DNA of 64,000 nucleotides from Candidatus Cloacimonadales bacterium (GTDB lineage Bacteria; Cloacimonadota; Cloacimonadia; Cloacimonadales; JAFGVF01): NCBI GenBank assembly GCA_963678315.1, contig OY782781.1, positions 1,600,001 to 1,664,000 of the forward strand, read 5' to 3'. Shown piece by piece: positions 57,801 to 64,000 of this stretch (position 1 is its first letter; each line of letters starts with the position of its first letter). The notes under the pieces were generated by a model. It saw only the letters and a program-made list of their open reading frames with translations, ran no database searches and was not told where the DNA came from. The position numbers and the translations under genes were made by a program.

Positions 57801-58189
57801 TCCTGTAAAATCCATTTTAAATTACCAGGTATTTCGAGTGAGAATACTGAAGTAACTTTCACAATATAGAAAACACAAGCTTTTAATAACTTAGGATTGC
57901 TAGAAAAGATGTTTATTATATCTACTTTGTTTAGTAGTTTTCTAACTTGGTGAATATTGGCAATTAAATCATTATCTAACCTGTGAAGTTCGTGGATGAA
58001 GACTATTCTACTATATAGATTAGGGAACTTTTCTTTCGAGTTGATAGTAAGGCTATAAAAGAAATCTTCTAAGAAATTCCTTAAATCTGTAGCAATAGCC
58101 TTGCTATCTGTATCTGTAGTATATCTATTCCAAATATCTTCTAGCCATTCAGTATATTTATTCTTGCTCATGCCTCTTTGATTATCCAT
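54845..58189 (-). CDS. Dna2-like nuclease-SF1 helicase fusion
   Basis: LEPDYLVD, YGLYGRLD..FELKSG, QVVIY; GPPGTGKT, FTNRAID, DEASQ, GDQIQLP, YRMH, TVERFQGSERD, RKLNVALSR. Confidence 0.88.
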   Translation of the reverse strand: MDNQRGMSKNKYTEWLEDIWNRYTTDTDSKAIATDLRNFLEDFFYSLTINSKEKFPNLYSRIVFIHELHRLDNDLIANIHQVRKLLNKVDIINIFSSNPKLLKACVFYIVKVTSVFSLEIPGNLKWILQENPLSLLKTSTIDNEQIDSVTITVDDYTQPSLLDKKRTCRISGFSLEQGNYVYIELTDIAMYSDKLVDYKYGRLLGNFSKLLWKGAKITFYHLEILDFEKQILRNTDSTKIILEPDYLVDATSIASCFQSKYAYHKLAMLSLISNVSISLPFVKGNFVNQILDRMIKDQERDFNKMYVECVHSSILTALSIGVKELMVIMKDIRQNHFPNMLKVTDKFEDIQLTIEPSFYAPKYGLYGRLDGLIEGENNDPKRKSIFELKSGKAPYNGIWKSHEVQVVIYNLLLESTFGQDRSGSSMIFYSCDNKAELRNVTSNTYLEQHILMLRNCIVSDSYKVANDETTITDYISSLDESKLPIYKQEEYAEIMQHFSSLTPTEKAYYTSYFAFLMREIWSSKTGYFTSNQKQYSNYGFSSIWLSSNADKSLNSKVITQLEFSNFDDEKLVFLANNDLSYCSLRKGDRVVLYPASSEDSFEFKSQIIKCSIVEIAGNTVSLKPRNSLINERLFASYSFWNIEQDSNDSLQSSLLSSLTKFTKLPASKRSLLLGNIEPEIDSSFAYSESTDYLNPIITKALASRDYFLLQGPPGTGKTSSFLINCIKYLYRNTNEKIMILSFTNRAIDEVCHKLNDSDIDYLRLGSKSDSSISSIHDLTNSNQKLAEIESSIDKYQVFCSTVASYHSSQEALNSIISFDTLFIDEASQLLEADIIGILDNFQRFIMIGDQIQLPAIVTQSADNKACNLKELNALGIHDYGQSLFERLFTNAQNKNWQDSIHTLEFHYRMHSHVADLVNPFYNNQLKTGLDKQKSTSFLLKLAESSDKLLSQYLSKSRIIFINIEDKSSSKVSVSEAKIVKTIVEGLIPTLNTAFSDKSIGIICPWRSQINLIRSYLTDFPKANAISVDTVERFQGSERDIIIYSLACNFIHQLDNLESLSSDRNIDRKLNVALSRSIEQIILVGNARILCHLQQYDNVIEYIKEKGLYIDYKSL

Positions 58190-58408
58190 ATCCTTCCTAT
58201 TATATATATTAAGTAAGATGATTATTAATTTAGTTAAAATATCGTCAATTTAAATATCTAGAGACTGGTCTTAGTAATATAGAAGGAAGTCTCATGTAAA
58301 TAGCTGTTAGATAGTCTTTTATGCACTACTGATAAATAATGATAATTTTTATTGACACAAAGTACCTATCAATAATTTTTAGAAAAATTTAGTTTGGGAG
58401 ATGTTACT

Positions 58409-59554
58409 ATGCGTAAGTATCTTATTAGCATGGCATTATGCTTATTTTTTGTTAGTAGTTTATTTTCTTATGAAAATACTCTATATGTTTTTAATTGGAC
58501 TGAATATATCGATCCCGATATAGTTAAAGAGTTTGAAGAAAAGTATGACTGTGAAGTCATTGAAGACAATTTTGATTCAAATGAGTCAATGCTAACTAAA
58601 GTTATCAATGCAGGCAAATCTTATGATCTTGTTTGTCCATCTGGTGACCATGTTACTATTCTAAGAGAAAAGGACCAGCTAGAGAAATTTGATATGACTC
58701 TTTTACCAAACTGGAAGCACCTAGATGAGAATATTTTGACTAAACTATCTAAATTTGATATGGCTGATGGCTATGCAATGCCTTATTTTTGGGGTGTTAC
58801 AGGTATCTTGTATAATCCTGAATTCATGGATGAAGCAGATAAAGAAAACATTGGTTGGAGTATCTATAAAAACGAGAAGTATAAAGATAAGGCAATGATG
58901 CTTAATGATGCAAGAGAAGTAGTTGGTGCTGCTTTGATTGTTAGTGGTTATTCAGTTAACGACTTTTCTCCAGAAGCTTTAGAAAAAGCAAAAGATGTCT
59001 TAGTGAAGTGGGATGATAATATCTCACAATATGACTCAGATGCCTACAAAAACGATGTCCCTCAAAATGAAGTTTGGATAGCACAAGCTTATAATGGTGA
59101 TGCTTTACAAGTGATTAGAGATTATCCTAACCTTAAGTTCTCATTACCTAAAGAAGGTGGTACATATTGGATTGATTCTTTTGTGATGCTTAAGAATGCT
59201 GAGAACAAAGATATGGCCTATAAATTCTTAAATTATCTAATGGAGCCTGAAATTGCAGCAAGAAACGCTGAATGGGTTGAATATCCAACTCCTAACAAAT
59301 CTGCTTTTGATAACTTTGTTTCAGAAGAAAGCAAGAACAATGAAAACATCTACGTTTCTCAAAGTTACCTTGATAAATGTTACCCTATTAATTTCTTAGG
59401 TGAAGATGTTATTGGTATATCTAACTTGTTTGAGAGAATATGTTTGAATGTTGAAAGTTCAAAAGATAAAAAGTCAACAAATATGTTACCTATCTGGATA
59501 GCTATATTTGTAGCTGTCTTTATACCTATAATCGCAAAGAAGAAAAGAAAATAA
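58409..59554 (+). CDS. potD: Spermidine/putrescine ABC substrate-binding protein with C-terminal TM anchor
   Basis: LYVFNWTEYID, FDSNESM, YDLVCPS, PYFWG, PKEG..WID; tail MLPIWIAIFVAVFIPIIAKKKRK. Confidence 0.9.
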   Translation: MRKYLISMALCLFFVSSLFSYENTLYVFNWTEYIDPDIVKEFEEKYDCEVIEDNFDSNESMLTKVINAGKSYDLVCPSGDHVTILREKDQLEKFDMTLLPNWKHLDENILTKLSKFDMADGYAMPYFWGVTGILYNPEFMDEADKENIGWSIYKNEKYKDKAMMLNDAREVVGAALIVSGYSVNDFSPEALEKAKDVLVKWDDNISQYDSDAYKNDVPQNEVWIAQAYNGDALQVIRDYPNLKFSLPKEGGTYWIDSFVMLKNAENKDMAYKFLNYLMEPEIAARNAEWVEYPTPNKSAFDNFVSEESKNNENIYVSQSYLDKCYPINFLGEDVIGISNLFERICLNVESSKDKKSTNMLPIWIAIFVAVFIPIIAKKKRK

Positions 59555-59571
59555 TAATTGTGAGAGTGTAA

Positions 59572-60726
59572 GTGGCGAATTTAACAATAAAGAACGTTAC
59601 TAAGAGATTTGAGAACTTCATTGCTGTAGACTCTGTTAATTTAGAGATTCAGCAAGGGGAGTTCTTCTCTTTTCTTGGACCTAGTGGCTGTGGCAAGACA
59701 ACACTTCTTCGAATGATAGCAGGATTTGAAACTCCTACTGAAGGATCTATCTTCATTGGAGATAAGGATATTACTAATCTCCCTCCTTATAAGCGACCAG
59801 TTAATACAATCTTTCAAAACTATTCTCTTTTTCCACACATGAATGTTTATGAAAATATTGCTTTTGGATTGAATATAAAAAAGAAGGATAAAGCTTTCAT
59901 TAGTGACAAAGTTAACTCAATGCTAAAACTTGTTAAAATGGAAAACCTAGAAAAGAAGTATCCTAACCAACTTAGTGGTGGTCAAAGACAAAGGGTGGCA
60001 ATTGCCAGAGCATTGATTAATGAGCCAGAAGTACTTCTTCTTGATGAACCTTTAGCTGCTCTGGATCTTAAACTTCGTCAGCACATGCTTATTGAATTAA
60101 TGAATATCCATGATGCAGTTGGTATCACATTTTTATATGTAACTCATGACCAGAGTGAGGCTTTATCTGTGGCAGATAGATTAGCTATCATGGATCACGG
60201 ACGCTTTGCTCAGATTGGTTTACCTGATGATGTATATGAAAGACCAGAATCCATCTTTTCAGCTTATTTTGTGGGAGACACTAACTTTATAACAGGTAGA
60301 GTTGTTCAAGTACTAGATGATTATGTTACAATTTCAGCTGATATTGGTAAAGATAAATACGTTGAAATAGATAGTTATTATGCAAGACAACCTTTTGTTG
60401 ATGAGAAAATTACACTTTCTCTTAGACCAGAGAAGATTGCCATCTCAAGAAAGCCTCCTAAACATCAGGATGATTTCAATATCCTTAAAGGAACAATAGA
60501 AGATATTCTTTACTTAGGTACTCATACTCAATACATTGTTACTGTAGAAGATTTGCAAATAAGAGTCTTTCAACAACATAAGAAAGTTTATATTGATGAA
60601 TTCTCTTTAGATTGGAATGAAGAAGTTTATCTATATTGGCATGATACTGATAGTCATATAATCTTTGAAGAGATTGACGAAAGAATACTTACACGTCGTC
60701 CATTGATTAAAACAAGAAAGAAGTAA
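59572..60726 (+). CDS. potA: Polyamine ABC transporter ATPase
   Basis: GPSGCGKTT, LSGGQRQR, LLLDEPLAALDLKLR, C-terminal TOBE-like region. Confidence 0.93.
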   Translation: MANLTIKNVTKRFENFIAVDSVNLEIQQGEFFSFLGPSGCGKTTLLRMIAGFETPTEGSIFIGDKDITNLPPYKRPVNTIFQNYSLFPHMNVYENIAFGLNIKKKDKAFISDKVNSMLKLVKMENLEKKYPNQLSGGQRQRVAIARALINEPEVLLLDEPLAALDLKLRQHMLIELMNIHDAVGITFLYVTHDQSEALSVADRLAIMDHGRFAQIGLPDDVYERPESIFSAYFVGDTNFITGRVVQVLDDYVTISADIGKDKYVEIDSYYARQPFVDEKITLSLRPEKIAISRKPPKHQDDFNILKGTIEDILYLGTHTQYIVTVEDLQIRVFQQHKKVYIDEFSLDWNEEVYLYWHDTDSHIIFEEIDERILTRRPLIKTRKK

Positions 60727-60727
60727 T

Positions 60728-61612
60728 ATGGAAAGATATACACCGCAAGAGATAGCTTCTATTCGAAGAAAGAATCGTACAAGCTGGATTCTAACTACTC
60801 CTTTTATAATTTGGATGAGCTTTTTCTTCTTAATACCTTACATAATTGTAGTTATATATAGTATCCTTACTCCTGGAGTATATGATATTAAGTTTATATT
60901 TTCACTTGAATCATGGAAATCTGCTTTTTCTCCATCATACATAAATTCTATTACACATTCTCTGAGTATGTCATTTATTACAACGATCTTGTGTATCTTA
61001 ATAGGATTTCCAGTAGCCTACTGGATAGCCAAACTACCTGCCAAAAATAGGTCATTCTGGTTAGCAATCATTATTATCCCATTTTGGACTAATTTTGTTA
61101 TAAGAATATTCTCATGGAAGGTTTTTTTAGCTTCAAAAGGTATTCTCAATTCTGTCTTGCTCTCTTTAGGATTAATTGATACTCCTATGATGATGTTAAG
61201 AACAGATTGGGCGGTCTTAGCTGTAATGGTTTATGTCTATCTTCCTTACATGATTCTTCCAATATATTCTGTACTTGAAAAGCTAGATTTTAAGTTATTA
61301 GATGCTGCCTTGGATTTAGGGGCTAATGAGATTAAAGCCTTTTGGAAAGTTACTTTCCCCCTTTCTATAGAAGGAATTTTTGCAGGTTCAGTTTTAGTCT
61401 TTATTCCGGCTCTTGGCACCTATATTATACCTCAATTAGTTGGCCACCAAAGCAATCCTTTTATTGGACAGTTGATTACTTATAAAACTAAGTCAATACC
61501 TAGAAATTGGCCATTGGCATCAGCATTAGCATTTATTTTATTGCTTACAGTTGCATTTATCTTAATCGCAGGTTATCAGTATTATAAAAAACTAGGAAAG
61601 AAGAATACATGA
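60728..61612 (+). CDS. potB: Polyamine ABC transporter permease
   Basis: IIPFWTN, YLPYMILPIY, DAALDLGA. Confidence 0.92.
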   Translation: MERYTPQEIASIRRKNRTSWILTTPFIIWMSFFFLIPYIIVVIYSILTPGVYDIKFIFSLESWKSAFSPSYINSITHSLSMSFITTILCILIGFPVAYWIAKLPAKNRSFWLAIIIIPFWTNFVIRIFSWKVFLASKGILNSVLLSLGLIDTPMMMLRTDWAVLAVMVYVYLPYMILPIYSVLEKLDFKLLDAALDLGANEIKAFWKVTFPLSIEGIFAGSVLVFIPALGTYIIPQLVGHQSNPFIGQLITYKTKSIPRNWPLASALAFILLLTVAFILIAGYQYYKKLGKKNT

Positions 61613-62409
61613 GCTATCAATCAAAATTAAAAAAGACTTTAAGTAGTATAAATTTAGTTACAGTTATTATTGCATTATTGTTTTTATACATTCCTATCTT
61701 GATTCTTATCATCTATAGCTTTAATGATGCAAGAATTATCGCAAATTGGAATGGTTTTACTTTTAAATATTACCTTGAACTCTGGGAGAATGATAATCTT
61801 GTAAACTCATTCATTAATTCTCTCTTTGTGGCTATTGCCTCAACCATTATATCTACTGCATTTGGTTTGATAACATCTTTAGGAATGGAAAATAAGCTGT
61901 TTACAGGTAAGAAATTTATTCAGGCTGTTACTTTTCTTCCTTTGATAATGCCTGATATCCTAATGGGTGTTTCTATTGCTATGCTCTTTAGTTTTCTTCG
62001 TTTCCCAATGGGGAAAATCACAGTTATAATAGCACATATCACCTTTTGTATTTCTTACACAATAATCGTAATTCAATCGAGATTACAAGGCTTTGATAAA
62101 TCTCTGGAAGAGGCTGCCCTTGACTTAGGTGCTAATAGAAGGGAATTCTTCTGGAAGATTAAGTTCCCTCTGATTTTTCCAGGTATTTTAGCTGGAGCAT
62201 TATTAGCTTTTACTCTTTCACTTGATGACTTCATTATCACTTTCTTTACTACAGGAAGAGGCTTCAATACCCTGCCTGTCTATGTGGAAAGCGCTATAAG
62301 AAGAGGTTCCATTACTACCATTAACGCTCTTTCAACAATTATGGTTATGATGACCTTGTTCATTACTCGTCTGTCTAAACCAATCAGAAGATTAGCACTT
62401 AAGATTTAG
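61609..62409 (+). CDS. potC: Polyamine ABC transporter permease
   Basis: FLYIPI..YSFN, EEAALDLGA, AFTLSLDDF. Confidence 0.92.
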   Translation: MSYQSKLKKTLSSINLVTVIIALLFLYIPILILIIYSFNDARIIANWNGFTFKYYLELWENDNLVNSFINSLFVAIASTIISTAFGLITSLGMENKLFTGKKFIQAVTFLPLIMPDILMGVSIAMLFSFLRFPMGKITVIIAHITFCISYTIIVIQSRLQGFDKSLEEAALDLGANRREFFWKIKFPLIFPGILAGALLAFTLSLDDFIITFFTTGRGFNTLPVYVESAIRRGSITTINALSTIMVMMTLFITRLSKPIRRLALKI

Positions 62410-62597
62410 TGAACATACTGCTTAGACAGCTTCTGTTATGAAAAATGCACAGCCTTGGGCTCACTATTTGGGCTAATTTAGGAACAACAAAAACTAGACT
62501 TTTTCCAATAGTCGCAACAAATTATCTTGACACATAGATACTTTATAAAAGTTTACTTTAATAATTATATTAAATCGGATGATATAGAGAGGAAAAA

Positions 62598-64000
62598 ATG
62601 CGTAAAAACAAACTTAATTTACTACTAATTTTATTACTTGCTTTTGTAGGACTTACTTCTATAGAAAGCAATGATTTTGAATTCACATGGCAAGATGAAA
62701 ACACTCTTAATTCAGATGTAAGAATCTCTCCAACAGACCCTCCAACAGGCCAAGTAAGGGCTATTGCCGAGTTTGAACCAATGGATGCAGTTATCGTAAG
62801 ATACCCTTTAGGAATACCAACTGAATTCGTAGCTCTGCTATCTCAAGAATCTCCAGTTATCTGTATAGTTGCTAGTTCTTATGAACAATCTTCAGCTCAA
62901 TCTTCTTTTGATGCGGCAGGTGTTAATAATGATAATTTAAGCTACATTATTGCTGATACAGATTCTTATTGGACAAGAGATTATACATCTTGGTTTATTA
63001 CTAATGGCGACCAAGAAGTTTCTGTTCTTAATTTTGAATATAACAGACCTAGACCTAATGACAATCTTTTCCCTGGCGAATTTGCTGATGAATTTGATTA
63101 CCCATACTATGCTATGAATATAGAACAAACTGGTGGTAACTTCATGTGTGATGGTTACGGTATAGCTGCTTCTTCTCATATTGCTTATACTGAAAACAGC
63201 AACAACCAAACCTTAGTTGATAACACTATGGAAAGCTATATGGGAATTACTGATTACATGGTAGTTCAAGATCCTAATGAAACTTACATTGACCACATCG
63301 ACTGCTGGGGTAAATTCTTATCCGTTGATAAAGTTCTTATCAGACAGGTTGCTACAAGTCATTCTCAATATGATGAACTTGAAGAAGTTGCTGACATGTT
63401 TGCTACTACAAACTGCTCTTGGGGCTACCCTTACGAAGTTGTTCGTGTCTACACTCCTAATGATGAACCTTACTCAAATTCATTAATTCTTAATGATAGA
63501 GTCTTTGTTCCACAAACAGGTGGACAGTGGGATGACGAAGCTCTTGAAACTTATGAACAAGCTATGCCAGGTTACACTGTTTATGGTGTTGTGAATAATA
63601 CATGGAATGGCTGGGAATCAACTGATGCTCTTCATTGTAGAACTCATGAAATTCCAGGACAAGATATGCTTTCAATTTTACATTATCCAATCTGGGAAGA
63701 TGTGCAAGACCAAGCTGTTACTATAGAAGCTAGAATCATTGCCCATAGTAATGAAAATATCTATGCTGATTCTACTAAAGTATTCTATAGAACTTCTCCT
63801 ATTCAAGATTGGCAATCAGCTAATATGATTTTACAAAATGAAGACACTTATTCTGTAGAAATCGGTCCTTTTGATCAAGATTGTAGCATTGAATACTTTA
63901 TTCATTCAGCTGATGAATCTGGTCAATCAGAAGATTACCCTTATGTAGGACAAGAAGATCCATTCACTTTTAACTATCATAATTCTTCTTCTAATGTAGC
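62598..64000 (+). CDS. Secreted agmatine deiminase / Porphyromonas-type peptidylarginine deiminase family protein (3' end beyond the window)
   Basis: Hand translation from ATG 62598 (GAGG RBS): MRKNKLNLLLILLLAFVG..VRAIAEFEP..YWTRDY..GGNFMCDG..DHIDCWGK..YSNSLILN..DALHCRTH, then an Ig-like region; I saw no in-frame stop before the window end. Confidence 0.88.
   Translation, partial: MRKNKLNLLLILLLAFVGLTSIESNDFEFTWQDENTLNSDVRISPTDPPTGQVRAIAEFEPMDAVIVRYPLGIPTEFVALLSQESPVICIVASSYEQSSAQSSFDAAGVNNDNLSYIIADTDSYWTRDYTSWFITNGDQEVSVLNFEYNRPRPNDNLFPGEFADEFDYPYYAMNIEQTGGNFMCDGYGIAASSHIAYTENSNNQTLVDNTMESYMGITDYMVVQDPNETYIDHIDCWGKFLSVDKVLIRQVATSHSQYDELEEVADMFATTNCSWGYPYEVVRVYTPNDEPYSNSLILNDRVFVPQTGGQWDDEALETYEQAMPGYTVYGVVNNTWNGWESTDALHCRTHEIPGQDMLSILHYPIWEDVQDQAVTIEARIIAHSNENIYADSTKVFYRTSPIQDWQSANMILQNEDTYSVEIGPFDQDCSIEYFIHSADESGQSEDYPYVGQEDPFTFNYHNSSSNV

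Noticed and set aside
456..63486. Many short antisense or alternate-frame ORFs (e.g. 456, 1222, 3429, 9462, 20154, 23384, 42198, 56163, 62937, 63277)
   Set aside because: They lie wholly or largely within well-supported genes and read as shadow frames; 62937 and 63277 lie inside the deiminase gene.

Overview
AT-rich bacterial chromosomal window, probably from an anaerobic diderm of the FCB region. Ca. Cloacimonadota is my best guess, inferred only from the T9SS/FlgD-like C-terminal sorting domains, a PorV/PorP-like barrel, a GT9 glycosyltransferase and a bifurcating transhydrogenase. Most of the window is housekeeping or metabolic: smpB, amidase, glgP, nth, a cold-shock protein, ygiQ, rsmA, uvrA, rpsT, glycosyltransferases, potDABC, three histidine kinases and an StnABC-like NuoE/NuoF/GltD-NuoG complex. 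The standout is the left end (1-9315). A tightly coupled minus-strand operon encodes one protein that appears to fuse a FliF-like ring-building domain, a TM helix and FliG middle+C-terminal (torque) domains, followed by motA, motB and an ExeA-like AAA ATPase, with no other flagellar gene in view. Divergently transcribed are a large integrin-alpha-propeller/Ig-repeat surface protein with a T9SS type-B-like tail and a PorP/SprF/PorV-like barrel-TPR protein. Together they are a candidate flagellum-independent minimal rotary motor linked to T9SS-like secretion or adhesion. Also notable: a 4-copy ~55 bp palindromic repeat family and REP-like hairpin mosaics, an ATPase+nuclease candidate defence pair, a solo Cas4/AddB-like nuclease, a Dna2-like nuclease-helicase, a C-terminally anchored PotD and a secreted agmatine/peptidylarginine deiminase. 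Two edge-truncated genes (ExeA-like, deiminase) are absent from the ORF track and were translated by hand. All family calls come from motif recognition by eye; no searches were run.
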